From Podarcis bocagei (taxonomy: Eukaryota), in the NCBI GenBank assembly GCA_964188305.1, contig OZ076894.1: DNA of 64,000 nucleotides, one strand, 5' to 3'. Within the stretch, counting starts at the first letter, position 1; each line of letters opens with the position of its first letter. The notes beneath the pieces were generated by a model. It was given only the letters and a program-made list of their open reading frames with translations, did not search any database and was not told the origin of the DNA. Shown one piece after another: positions 34,336 through 47,913 of the stretch. The position numbers and the translations under genes were made by a program.

Positions 34336-37300
34336 TCCTTGCAATTACAAATATTACCCTGTCATTATCAATATTTACATTTTAATATCCTGACCCCCTT
34401 CATAGAGGTCAGTGAGTGCAGGAAAGCCATTTGTTTGATTTTGGTGGAAAGAATAACAGCAAGTGATGTATTTCTAATGCATTTTGCACCGTCTTGGAAC
34501 ATAATAATGAAAACAAGCTATAAATAATTCCACATTTATGGTTCAAATGGCCCAGCACCTTCTCCCCCTTCCTGCATCCGTATCAGATGCTATATAGGTC
34601 AATACAGCCAGGAGTCATACTACAGCTATGGAAAGATTCTGCCACAGCTTTCCTATGGAATTTCAGCTCTGACACTGAAAAGTCATGACAGCCTAGTTAA
34701 GAATCATGACAGACATGCGCATCAATTCCCAGGATGGAGCTTAACATTTCTTAAGTTAGACGAGGGTTGGGCTTTGAAATAGGTCCTGTTTTAATATACT
34801 ATTGGTTGAACTTTGATGCATGATACAGTTGAACCTGCACAAAGTATAACATTGTTGGAGTAAAAAATGCTGGTTTGTCATTTGGCCTAGTTGGCTGCCT
34901 TGTGGCTGTAGACTCTTATTAAATGAGTACATACATTGGGGTGCTCAAATGCTGGCCATATTGGGTGGGTGTGGTCTAATAAGGGGGACTCCTTTTGGCT
35001 GAGACTGGGTGCCATTCTCATTTCAGTTCTTATCAGTTAATCCTTTTCAGTTCATTGAGGGTTCAAGAACAATAAACACTGATGGTGCTCCTATCCCAAT
35101 TATGCACCTTTTTCGGGTGGGGAAGAAGTACAAAGAAATGCAATCTGTCACCTTCCTCTCCCTTTCAAATTGCTCTGTGCCTTGGGTGTTCAGCGCACTT
35201 GGCAGGCAGGAGACAGCTGGAGACAGTTGAGGCCCATGAGAAAAGAGTTAAAGGAGGCAATGGGTTTACATGTCCTTTCCCCCAGTCATATTCAGACCCC
35301 ATGCACAAATGACAAGAAGTTAGTTACACTATCAGTAAAAAGCAGATATCAATCATCCCTATTGTTGAAGAAGCCAAGATATAGATGTTAAGATGAGCAA
35401 GTTTGTTGCATGCCAGATTTTATCTTGCTGCATCATTTGGATGTTTTATGTGAGATGTTCTATAACCTAGCAACAAAATAATGTGCCTTGCTTCCTTTTA
35501 AAAAATCTTCCTTGCCCTAAGGGGAATGTAAGAGCACACATGAGGTCTGTGATTTTCAACATTATTTAAACTTTTTAATTAAAGGGTGTGTTCGTGTAGA
35601 AGTTTCACATGCCAACTAAATAACTCTGACACTGTTTGTTGTATTGATTGGAGTTCTTGAAACATTCTTAAGCAGGGTTGCAGAAATCAGACCTTGGACA
35701 ATATCCCAGGATGTATCTCCATAGTATTTGGAGGGCACACACACCGCCTTCATTTTCAAGCCTGATAAACAGGGAACGGTACATCTATTGTCTCCTCTTT
35801 CAATTCATAGTATTTTTCACAGTTTGTTTATGTTTGGTGAGAGACATTTTTGTCATAGACATCTTGCAGTTGTCAGGAGCCAATCTGAACAGTGCGGGAC
35901 AACCCCAAATATAGAACAACTACCCCCAATTGGAATTTTTAGGGTGTGCAATTCCATGTCTGATTGTTGCATTTGAAGGGAAGAACTCTCAACATTACTG
36001 AGCCAGTACATATATTTGTGGGGAATTGAAGTGCTAAGTGGAGATGCTTCCGATTTTGAGTAGTGGCTGGTTTGCACATAGCATATTAAAGTACAAATGC
36101 AACAAGTCACTGCAATGAAAACGTGCCATGCAGATGAGGTAAGCTCACTGGAGACCTGGGCTGTAGGTTCAGTGTTGGCATCCAGCATCTTTTGAGCCCA
36201 GGGGTGCTGGGGCGTATGCTGGATTAAGAGTCAATTTGCCCACCTGCCCGTTCCCCTGGTTCTGCTTTGCATTGGGCAGCTGTGAGGCACTGCCATATTG
36301 AATTTCCCACAATGCTATATCAGGGCACCCCGGGAAATCTAAAATTGTGGGTGGTTTTGCTACACACTTCCATCAGTGCTGGGAAGTTGGTGCTGATGTC
36401 TGCTGTTCTACCAGGGAGAGCTTTGTAGCTAGACTTGCACCTCTGACCAAAGTTTCCTGTTGAGCGTATGCTTGGCAAACCCAGGTTTGCTCTGCATATG
36501 GTGCCAGATGTCCGGTAGCTTTGGTGGATCTTGGAACCTGCTGAGAACTCCTGTGATCACAATGTTACAAGCTTGCCTTTGCCCATTTGAATAAGTTTTG
36601 CTTTGTTTCTGTTTTCTGCTAAGAAGAGTGTACTGCTTTTTAATGTTTTTGTTTTTATTTTTTTGGTGGCTGTGGGGTTGTGCTCATTAATCACAGTCAG
36701 CAAAGAAGCACCTGGGAGCAGGCATTACATTTTGCTGGACAAGGATCCAGTAAAACAATAATGATAATCATAATGGGGGCGGGGGCAAGAACAAGACGCT
36801 GAAGTGAAAAGCCGGTTGCTTCCTATCAGCTTCCATATTACAGAGCAGAAAATTCACTGAATAGAACAAATTCTTCCTTTGTCTTGTGGCCAGCTCTTGC
36901 TTTGTTTGTTCAAAAGCTATGCATGGGGAAATTGTAGCTAGGAGTGTGCCAGTGTTTATTTGCTGGTTGGTTGGATATTTATGTCATTCTGCCAGGCAAA
37001 TGCACATTCTGCCTGCTGTAAGCAAAGTCTTGAGGGTGTGTGTGTGGAGGGCTGGGGTGTGCGGAACTGGGTTAAGTGTCTTGAAATCACCTAGCAATAT
37101 GAGAAGAAATTAGGGGGGAAATGATGGATAAACGAAGCTATATCTGAAAACAGAAAGGCTTGCTTTTACTTTCCTGTTGAACTGATACAGGTTAGATGGG
37201 AGATGAAAAGAAAGCTCATGATTTATTTTTATTTATTTATAAAAGTATTTATATACTGCCAACTCCTATAAAATATCAAGGCAGTGATTATACACACAGG

Positions 37301-37336
37301 CCATAAGCTACATCTTTGCACCTGTGCATAAGCCAT

Positions 37337-37545
37337 AAGAAGCTACCGTGTGACAGCCCAGGCTATTTTTCTATCTAGGCTAGACTATTGTCTGCTCTGG
37401 CTAGAAATGGCTCCCTAGACTCTTGGTAGAGAGAGATCAGTTGTATCTCTTGCCCTTTGATCCTTCTTCCTGGAGATGACAGGGGCTGAACCTGGAAAGT
37501 TCTGGTTGCAAAGCATGCCTTCTTCTATTGAGCTGTTTCCCCCCA
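37337..37545 (-). mobile_element. Degenerate Squam3-like SINE
   Basis: CCTGGAGATGACAGGGGCTGAACCTGG...GCAAAGCATG...TTGAGCT head on the minus strand; body similar to the other copies. Confidence 0.6.
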
Positions 37546-40093
37546 CAAATGGTATGGCCAGTTTTCCCCACCTAGACAGAACTAGTCTGGGGCTTTGAAC
37601 CTGGGACCTCTTGTCATCATGGTACCTGGATTGCAGTCTGGGGTATAATTTTCAAATTGGGTGCATGGGCTCCCAGGTTCAAATACCCAGGTGGGGAGAA
37701 TAGCTAAGGACTGAATTTCAGCAAACAAGCATATGTGTTGGTGGCCCAGTGCCCAAGGCAGAGAATGCATGTCTCTTGTGCATTTTTGACATGTAAAAAG
37801 AAAAAGGTGGCAACTTTGGTTGGAAGTAAAACCCTTTGCATTGCACCTCTGTTTAAATCCTAACCATGTTTTCTTAGAGTTTTCATGAAGGTCACCATCT
37901 TCTTTCTCCTTTGCCTTTTAACATGTGCCTGACTACCTAGAGAATATTGTGAAGCAACCCTTTTCCCACCATTGTCACCTGATTAAAAGGAATCTGATTA
38001 AAGAAACTTTAGCTTGTGAATCACATGATCTTGTCAATGAACTGATTAACCAATTGATTAGATTGCACTCATTTGCATATTGAAAAACCACCAGTTGTGC
38101 TAAAGGAAAGCAAATATACCCCTTCCTACTCCTCCTTTTTAGATAATATGCCACAAGTATTGCAAAAGGGTCTGTCTCCAAAGAGGCGTCTCCCCGCCCC
38201 TGAGCTGAGATTGTTCAGAGAGGCTCTCCTGTATGTTCATCTGATGAGTAGACATAGTTAGGTTTGTACTGTTAGTCTTTCAGCTTTTCTGGTTGGTGAA
38301 ATCTCTTTTCTTGTTGGTGAGATCTTTGTTGACTAGTGAAGCTGGCAACCACCATATTTGGAGTGAATTTGCCATATGGGATGTAGACATCATAACAAAT
38401 GGGGACCTATGATAAAATCAGAAGTGCGATGTGATTGTCACATGTCTGCAAAATTATATGGAACTTCAAAGCCGGTAGAAAAGTTACTCTAAAATTGGTG
38501 TGGTGTCACAGGCTTCTCAAGCTGTGGCAGGATTCTTCTCTTGCAAAGGTAGAGAGAATTGATATAGGAAGAGGCTCTATCAAAATGCAAAGCTGCTTGG
38601 GTGCTTCCCCCCAGGCACAGAACAGGTGTGTCTTGCAAGTTTCCTTTCAACACAGATGAAAGCAGCATAGAGGACGGCTGGAAGGACAGGCAGGTGGTCT
38701 TATCTAGAGGAACTCCAGGAACAACCAGCCAGTGCAATAAAGAGTTGTTCTTCTTTTGGGTGGGGAGCTTTCTTCATCTTTTTAAAGTGACCTGGGTTTA
38801 GTAGCATGCTATTTATGTATACAATCACCAGGGGATTAGAGAAAAGAAATCACTAGAACTGGGGCTCTACACGCTTTTCGTCAATGAATCTTATTCAATC
38901 TATTTGTAAGTATTCAAACAGGAACCCATTTCATATCTAGAGTGTCTTTGAGTCATTTCTTATTTTCATCTTGGAGCATAGACCTAAATGAAACCGAGCT
39001 TGCTTTGATTACCATAGTGAGCAAAAATCAGTGTAGGGCTCTGTTGATGAACCCAAGGACTGTTGAGAGAGGTTACGTGCTCTTGTGAACTTACATAGCG
39101 TAGTCCAATGCATGGCCCGAGGTGCAGCCCTCAAGGCCTTTTCTGGTGGTCCTCAAAAACATTTGATGCCCTTCCTTTGCGCTGCCTCACCAGAGCTAGG
39201 TAAGTGAGGGGCTAGGTTTTGGGAAGCAGGTGGGAGGGCTTTAGGACCTTGCTAGAGCCTTGCACTTCCTTCCCAAAACCCAGTGCCTCCCCTTGCCTCC
39301 ACCCCCACAACAAGGCAGTGTGCTGCCCATGAGTTCTGTGTTGAAGTAGTCTTGCAGCACTCTAGGTATGAAAAGTTGAGCCATCCTGATCTAACATACA
39401 ACATAACTATTATCTTACAGTGTGCTTTATTGATGTTTATCTAAAATTTGCACCTGAATACTTTTTATTTTGGTTGGTAGAATGCTGGCTTTTTCTGCTA
39501 CTGGTGTAACTCTTGGTAGATTATAGTGTGCTTGGGAACTCTGAACATATGGAAGCTAAATTTGTATGGCATACTGCGAAACACACAGGTTTGTGGTATC
39601 TAAATGCATAAGAGTGTGTGTGTGTCGTAGGTGGTAGGCAGAAAGTTAAGGTTTCCAAAATTCGTTAAATGACAACAGATGCCAGACAACAGATGCCACT
39701 GAAGTGACTTGTTTTTTGTCATTTGCTCAACACTGAGCTATGAGAAACTACACTGCAGGGTGCAAAATTTTATCTACAGAAATCTTGTATGTAAATATAT
39801 CTTCAGAAACATTGGAACAATTGTGAAATTATTTTAAATACTGTGCAGCCCACAAGAGCCTGAGCGAAGGTACAATGCTGCAGACCTAAGCAGGCATATG
39901 TAGAACTGAGTCCTGTTGAAGTCATGAGACTGCTTAGTAAGTACGTTTAGGATCAGGATGGAAGTCTGAGACCCAAACACTCTATTACAGGCAGACCTAT
40001 GGATGCTGCTGGCCTGTGTTTTTCTCCATATCTCTTTATGCTGAAGACCATAAATGTTGCAATGGCATTGTGTGGTGAGGGGCTACAACTCAC

Positions 40094-40392
40094 CAGTGGC
40101 GTGCAGTGAAATTTTTGTAGCAGAACAGATAGGGCGAGACCCACCAGCTTGCGAGGGCGATGGAGATGTTGCACTTGTGAGCACCGTGCCTTCCTCCCCA
40201 AGCTGGGCAGAAGCTTCCTGGGCTTTGGGCGCCAGGACTCGATGAGTTCTCTTGCCTCCTTCCCAAAGCCAGGTGGATTTGGGGAAGGTAGTGGGAGGGC
40301 TCTTGGACCCGTCGGAGCATCACACTTCCCTCCCCATACTGGGCAGAAGCTTCCTAGCCTAGTCCCCCTAATCCATAGGCTGCATGCCACTG
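40094..40392. mobile_element. hAT MITE, 299 bp, perfect 8-bp TSD
   Basis: TSD CAACTCAC at 40086-40093 and 40393-40400. TIRs CAGTGGCGTGCAG / CTGCATGCCACTG (12/13). Internal repeat CTGGGCAGAAGCTTCCT occurs twice. Confidence 0.92.
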
Positions 40393-41867
40393 CAACTCAC
40401 TACTAGAGCTTATGTTTTGCACACAGAAGACTCAGGATTGGATCATGGGCATTCCAGTTAAAACAAACAGGTAGCCAGTGATGACAGAAACCTATACCCT
40501 GGGACTCTGGAGAGTCATTGCTGTTCTGAGTAGATGGGCCAGATGTCTGAAGTGATAGTTTGCTCCTTAACATTCCACACTTCCCACAAGTGACAGCCAA
40601 TGAAGCAGATCAGGGGGTGAAGTAATGCCATCATGAAACAGTGATGTACTAGGAAGTTGGGGCTGGTACTTGCCACATGTCTCCCTATAATGTTAAGTCT
40701 GGGTCACAGGCAGAATTGTAGCTATAGCAAGGTATATTAGGCCTGGCTTGCCACCAGAAATTCTCCAGCCCTCCTGCAGGGGTTTGCAGGCCAAGCCCGA
40801 ATGTCTCAGCATCTGTCTGGAAGCAGTAGATATTTCAAAAATACCACATAGTTCACATTGTTTGCGAAAGATGGCTTTTTACAAGAAAGATGCTGAATCT
40901 GCTGCACTCTCTGACCACATAGGTTTGAGATTTTTGCCCTCAGGTGTTTGTTATGCTGTGGCCATCTGTGACAAACCTTACTCCCCATTTCTAAGTGAAA
41001 CAAGAACTGAACAATCAAAGGATAGACAGAGTAGGAAATGTATGTAGAGCTGGATAAGACACAACTGTGTCCTGTTAAAACTATTTCTGGAATGAATGGG
41101 ATTCAATTAAAAATGTAATTTCAGTAGCTGAATCAACTTCTGCTATAAGATCAAAAGACAACATTTCTGTGTAGTGAAACTCAAAGTTGCTGGAATGTAT
41201 GTTCATAGTTGCAAGATATTCAGCAAGCTAACAAGGCCAGGGGTGGAAGGAAAAACCCCTTACTTCCCAAGGCTTCTTCTGCTGACTGTGCCAAACCATG
41301 CCTATTGAGAATGCAAAATCTTTTTCCTGCAACAGTTTCATATCATTTTGAAGGAAGATCCATTCCCTTTAGTTCACTGAAAGATATACACCCAACAGTG
41401 GTTCTCCTATGAATCAGGACTGACCCATCTCTGAAGCCAACAATCTGGGGTTTTCAAAGTCTAATTATAATAACTTACTTTTTCAAGCTTGTACCATTTC
41501 AAGTAACCAACAACAAAACATTCCAAGTATAAAATGCAAATAAATAAATAAATAAATAAATAACAGAATCAGCAACAAAACAGTATAAAACAATTATTGT
41601 AACTACATCTGCATATCTAAAACACAGTGACAGAACTGTAAAATCACAGCAAGATTGTTTAAGTCTGCCATGCTAAATACTTTCACCCCTGAGTATAAAC
41701 AGCCTTATTTTTGAAAGGTCATCTGCAGCTTTGGGGCAACTACCTTGGTAAGAAGAAATATGGTACTCTCCAGATGTACAGCTCTCAGAAACTGCAATTT
41801 AAGTAGAGGCTCACCAACTACTTCTTGAAGATGGGGAAGCTCCCATGGGTGGAAGCACCCCCTAAGA

Positions 41868-42119
41868 CAGGGGTCGGCAAGGTTTACCTTTCCTGGGCCG
41901 GTTCACTCCAGTGGAGATCCCTCAGTGGGCCATATTGGGTGTGTGCATAAGCGCACACACCCATGATTTCTGGTGCCTGTGTCTGCTCAGACATGATTTC
42001 TGGCACTGTGAAAGCGAGTCCCTGCACCACACTGTGCTGGTTTGGCGCAGCGCACGGGAACTCGCCAAGCGGGTGGCTCAGTTCGGGGACGGCTTGTGGG
42101 CCAGTTAAACAACCTCCTT
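41868..42119. mobile_element. hAT (Charlie-like) MITE lacking right TIR
   Basis: Starts CAGGGGTCGGCAA. CCCTAAGA at 41860-41867 and 42120-42127. CpG-rich interior. No TTGCCGACCCCTG at the right end. Confidence 0.8.
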
Positions 42120-42498
42120 CCCTAAGATGTGGAGATACCAAAATATGCACATCTCCTTAAGGGTTTGCCTTGTAAATTGAAAAGGTACTGTAGAACTAAG
42201 AGGTTTCACAGAAGGAAGCACGTTACTTGTTATTAGAATTGGCCTTTGATTTTAGAATTGGCCCCTCCTCCTCCCCATTCTGTGAGTTCTGTCAATTAAC
42301 TAGCAATTCCTGATTGGCTGGATTGCACCAAAGCCCACAAGCAGGTTGGTACAGGAATCTCTCTTGCTGCTTTGCATGCTTATCTGTTGTTACCTCAGAC
42401 ATTCTATGGGAAACTGGGAAACTGTTGGGTGTCTGGGAGGAAGTGGAGTATATAGTCTGGTTCACTAGTTCAAGAAACCCTAGGTATACATTCACAAT

Positions 42499-42932
42499 GA
42501 TGTTGTTGTCGTTTAGTCGTGTCCAACTCTTCATGACCCCATGGACCAGAACACGCCAGGCACTCCCTGTCTTCCAGTGCCTCCCGCAGTTTGGTCAAAC
42601 TCATGTTCGTAGCTTCGAGAACACTGTCCAACCATCTTGTCCTCTGTCGTCCCCTTCTCCTTGTGCCCTCTATCTTTCCCAACGTTAGGGTTTTTTCCAG
42701 GGAGTCTTCTCTTCTCATGAGGTGGCCAAAGTATTGGAGCCTCAGCTTCAGGATCTCTCCTTCCAGTAAGCACCCAGAGCTGATTTCCTTCAGAATGGAT
42801 CGGTTTGATCTTCTTGCAGTCCATGGGACTCTCAAGAGTCTCCTCCAGCACCATAATTCAAAAGCATCCATTCTTCAGCTGTCAGCCTTCTTTATGGTCC
42901 AGCTCTCACTGGACAAAACTCCATGGAAAAAA
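42499..42932 (-). mobile_element. Bov-B (RTE) LINE, 5'-truncated 3' end with TSD
   Basis: ORF 42470-42871(-) DAFELWCWRRLLRVPWTARRSNRSILKEIS...LQYFGHLMRREDSLEKTLTLGKIEGTRRRGRQRTRWLD is the Bov-B ORF C-terminus. (CAA)n tail at about 42500. TSD ACATTCACAAT at 42488-42498 and 42933-42943. Confidence 0.95.
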
Positions 42933-43732
42933 ACATTCACAATATGTGACTGTAAATTGTTTTGTTTTACAGCAAGCCACAATTTTAGGACCCCTCTGGT
43001 TAGAGAACCAATATTTTGGGCCAGCTGCTGAAGCCTAAGCACACAGCATTTCAGGAGGGTCCACCACGGAGCTGCCATAATTGAGGAGGAGGAACAACCG
43101 CTGTCCCTGCTGCTTACTTGCTTGCATTCTCTGATAATGGAAAATCCAACACTTGCAAAGAGTTCAAAAATATTCATATGCACTGGTGACTGTTGGGAGT
43201 CAAAGTTCTGTCTATTTCAATGTAAGATATCAGAAGGGATGCACTTAACTCAGTTTTGAAATTTAGGCAGATAAATGCTTCACCTGCTTCATCTTGTTAT
43301 TTGTCCTATAGCCAAGCAACTTCCTGTGCTGACTTCTGTCACTGCCCACGCAAAGGAAGTGATGGATATTCTTAGAGCTTGCCATTTCTCCTGCCACATG
43401 CCTTTTGCCTAGAGAACATTGAGGCATTTCCTGTTTGGGACAGATTGTCTGCCTCTGTGCTCCCATTATATTTCCAAAGGCAAAGTGTAGTGAGAGCTGG
43501 TTGCCTGAATGCAGAATCCTGAACATTAAATGGCAAAGAAGAAGAACACCACATTTTTATGGCATGCTAGAGGGACTGAAATATCTATATCTTGAGTATG
43601 CCAAGTATTACTGTGTGGCTAAGGCTGCACTCATACGCATGCTTACTTGGAATAAGTGCAGTTGAAATGAGTGGAATTTACTTCCATGAATAGAATTGTG
43701 TTGCATTTGTAGCAAGTCATTAGCTGCATTTA

Positions 43733-43947
43733 GGCATTCAGTTTGAATGCACAGAGGGGCAAATGCGTGGGGCAGGTTCCTTCACTTTGGGATATTGCAC
43801 AGGCCAAGCACACTCCTTAGTTAATGCATGATCAACATCATTCTGCAGTAAGGCCTTCGTATGAACATGGATCATGCGCTGGCAAAGAAGTGTGCCCCAC
43901 ACATGCAGCATTTATGTTTGTTCCTTCATATGCTCAAACTGAATGCC
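43733..43947. mobile_element. PIF/Harbinger-type MITE
   Basis: Perfect 14-bp TIRs GGCATTCAGTTTGA / TCAAACTGAATGCC. Flanks TTA and TGA are near the TWA target. Confidence 0.75.
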
Positions 43948-45151
43948 TGAAGAGGATTGTAGACGCACTACTAATTAATTAATATTTCCTTTGCCTTTCT
44001 TTGATTTGGTGTCGAGGTACTATTTTTAGATTTGGGATACCATGCAGAGTCCCCCAAACTTTCAAAACTCATTTGTTTTCAATCCATTCTCAAGCATTTA
44101 AAAACAGTCAGCTCTATGTTACTTAAGTTTGAACTGGACACTCGCAAAGTATATTCAGAACTGGGCTTGCCAAGGACCTCCTTTCCAGAGGAATTATTAA
44201 CAAAGGACATTGACATCCCCTGCCACAAAAGCTCACAATGCCTCACAGAGGCTGCAGAAGGAATATGGTTTGGCTGAGGGGAATCGGAAAATGGTCAAGC
44301 AGGTGTGGAACCGTCTGTGGCCTTGGGGGCCACATGCTGCCCATAGCCTGATTTCATGTTGCCCCCAGAGCTATCTGATATATTATTTTACTTCCCCATA
44401 TTTGTATGCCCATTGAAAGCGGATGAGGAGGGTGGGAAGTGGGGGAGAACGAAAGAAAGACCCTAGGTGTTGAACCCAAGGTGAACTACTCCGGAAGCTT
44501 TGCTAACGCCATCTTGGTAGTCAAGATAACCTCACAATTAATTGGTAATGTTGTAGCAATGAGCTTATATATGTTTATATTCACTTGCTTTGATATAAGC
44601 TAATTGGTTTGCTTTGATGTTGTTCTTATCTGTGGGCTTGGGGTGCTGGGCTCTGAGCCCAGAAAGGGGAGCTATCTGTAAAGATTGGGTATTTGCCACC
44701 TATGCCCTCATCTAGTCAGGTGAAATGATGTGTGCTACTTTGCATATAAAGAATATATGCACATTCGCTTGGAGGCAGACAAGCCATCTCCTTGCTGCGG
44801 TGTCCGTCCCATGTCTGCAAAGGCAAGGAGGCCTGGCAGGCTGCTGTGCTGTAAGTCTACACCTTCATAAATAAAGCACTAGAGCTGGCTGTTCTAAGGT
44901 TTTTGATGTTCTTCTTTGGTATCCCTGCATCCAACCACTCCCATGAGACCTCCATTGGGCTTTACAGTTCAGGAAGGTTGTGGCATTAGGAAAGAAAGAG
45001 CAAGTGTGTAATATATCATAGCCACATCTGCACCTTACTTTTAAAGCACTCGAATACCACTTCAATGGCCCTGGGAACTGTGGTCTGACAAGGGTGTTGA
45101 GAGTTGTTAGGATGCCCCTATTCCCCTTACAGAGCTTCAGTTCCCATAGCA

Positions 45152-45439
45152 CAGGGACGTCCAACTTCCAATAGACTGCGACCTACTTGCACAATTAAAA
45201 TCTTTAAAATCTGGCAGTGTTCTACCCATTTTTTGGGAGGGTTCAGGTCAAAGTGCTTGAGCTTTTTTTAGAGAGGAAATATCAGTTAATTAAGGGATCA
45301 AGATCAAATAAATAGAAAAATGAGCTCACCAAGAGATCGCTAATGATAGCGATTTGGAGGGTAGGGCGAGGGGCCAACGATCTACCACGATCTACCTAAA
45401 CCTCTTAGTGGATCCCAATCGACCTGTTGGACATCCCTG
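45152..45439. mobile_element. hAT MITE nested in an older palindromic MITE
   Basis: TIRs CAGGGACGTCCAAC / GTTGGACATCCCTG. Flanks CCATAGCA (45144-45151) and CCATAGTG (45440-45447). Confidence 0.88.
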
Positions 45440-47913
45440 CCATAGTGGATTAACAATCAAGAAAAGAGGAAGTAGGTTGTTGCCTCTGAAATTTCTTGCT
45501 GTAATTAACTAGTTGCTAGGGTACTTCTCTGCCTTCTGGCCAGCTGGCAGCAACTTACACTGATTTCTTGGAGTTATCCTGCTTAAAATGGTAAGGGCTT
45601 TTGCAAAACTCCCATTGATTTCAGTGATGTGTGCTAGTACTGGGACTGATGTTTGCCTCAAAGACATCATTTGTGTCCTGGTATATAGATATTCCCCCCT
45701 AGAGCCAAATGGGTGATTTGCGGTTACTCATTGGCAATGGGAAGCTTCTGTGCAAGCTTGAAGGCATTTTCTTAACACTTTGCACGCTCAGGAGCTGAGT
45801 TTATAGAAGCACATTTAAGGGCTAGGAGCTCTTCTTTTAATATTAAGCCTGGAAACTTGTGCAAGAGATGCTTCTAATGGTTGTGTTCATATTCAGTGTG
45901 ATATCTAGATAAACCTTTAAAAGGCAATTTGTAGTCCTTCAATTTTTATTTTCTTATCATTGTTCTTTCAGAGATACACACTAACAAAAGAGTAAAGTGA
46001 GTGAAACAAATTGCTACCTAATCTCTTTCAGTTACAATAATTTTAAATGGTAGTTATGACTAAAGCACTGAATAAAATAGCTTGAAAATAAGTGAAGCTA
46101 AAAGCTTATTGTTATTTGAACATATTATTAGAATTGTGCTTTTAAAAACAAACTGGAGTTGAGTTTCTTTGGGGTCCAAAACCACAGTGGTTGCAGTTTA
46201 AGTTGTAACTAAGAAACAAGTATGAATGTCAGGATCATAATATAAATATATATACAGGGGTCTTTTAAAAATGTTTCTATTTCATTTTGCAATGTATGAT
46301 AAACAAAACTATTACAAACATCTTGACTGTTTTTGCATTATCCACCCGTAAGAGCATTCAAGGTAACATGAATGAAATGAAAAGACATTATCATATACAA
46401 AGGGCTTTAAACACCATTTCAACACCTTGGTATCTGGGCTCACAGCTAAAGATCCAATTCCACAAACTTTTACGGAACTCAACAAGCAAAAGCCTAAAGC
46501 ATTTCCTTTGTCAAAATTTACTCTTGGCCACAATTATTCTCCATGCAATATCAGGAAATTGCAAAGACAAGGTAAGGCTGGGCCAGACGAGGTATAAAAT
46601 ATTGTGGTAACTGAATTAATGCAATTTCGAAAGCTTTCAGACTATGAAGAATTACATTTGATGGATTCCAGGGACTATGTCCTTTGGCTTTTCTAAATTG
46701 GCAGCTTTACATCTCAAGTAGGTGAACATTTTATCCTAATCAGTGAGTCAAAATTTTGAAAAGATTCCATGTAAACAAATGGCTAATAAGCATGAAATAA
46801 CTAGCGACATATTTTTGCAACCGTAAATTCTGTCTCCATATCTAGCTGAAAACTTTAGCTAAGGCTTTGTTAATCAGTTGCATGCCACTGTGAGTTAACA
46901 CTTCTATTGTTTCTATAACCAAATCTGCAGCTCTGAGCTTGAATGTCTGTTTATAGCAGCTAATCAGATTTCTTGCCTGTTGTTTGGTGGATGGCCTGTT
47001 GTTTGGTGGATGGGCAATATGGAGTAGGCAGGAGAAAAGGGAAGGCGGGTGATGAAAATAACAGCCACGTTGCACTTTATTTAAGAGTTTTGCAACTAAA
47101 AAAGATAAATCACTATAGTTATCATTCTTTGCCTCAAAACAGCCCAAGAATTTGAGCAGCTAAGAAAAACAAGAGCAAATTGTAAGGTAGCAGCAGTGAC
47201 AAGTTTCTCTGGAAGCAAGCAGTGTTTTGAGCATGTTCTCTAAAGAACCAGCTAACATATGGGGAAGAGCTCCCTTGGGAAGCACAGCAAGTTGCTCAGC
47301 GCATATGCTATCACTTAATTTTGTAGGAAAAGTAGCTTCCAGTGTTCTGTTTTCAGTCTTCAAGTGTAGGCTAATTGCTTTCCTTGATTTTTTAAAAACA
47401 TAATTTTAAAAGTTTGCACTTACTTAAGAGATCAAAGTGCCAACTGAAGACCATGTTCAACTCTAGACATTATAATCATGCCTTGATTCTGTATCAGTAA
47501 GTTTAGACTTCCACACAATGGTGAAACAAGGTCAGTAATTCCACTGCCCAAATTATTATGTCTCTGTGGAGACTATTTAGTAAGGCCATTCATTGGCCAT
47601 GCTTGCTAGGGCTAATATGAGTTGAGTTCAACAACATCTGGAGGGCTAAATTGTTCACCAAACCTGATGTACAGCTTCTGTGAAATAGCTTTGTTTATCT
47701 TCTGATTGGATTGGATTTCTTTGTTTTACTTACACTCCCAATGTCTTTTATGGAAGTGAGGGCCCTGTTTAGTGTCCTTAGTGCTGTAGACACTAGCTTC
47801 CCTCTTCCTAACTCTGAATTTTATTTACAGATAGGTAGCCGTGTTGGTCTGCCATAGTCAAAATAAAAAAATTCCTTCCTGTAGCACCTTAAAGACCAAC
47901 TAAGTTAGTTCTT

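Noticed and set aside
46290-46850. Possible decayed LINE ORF2 on the minus strand
   Set aside because: Composition is suggestive, but I could not recover a diagnostic motif. A TBLASTX search against a repeat library would be needed.
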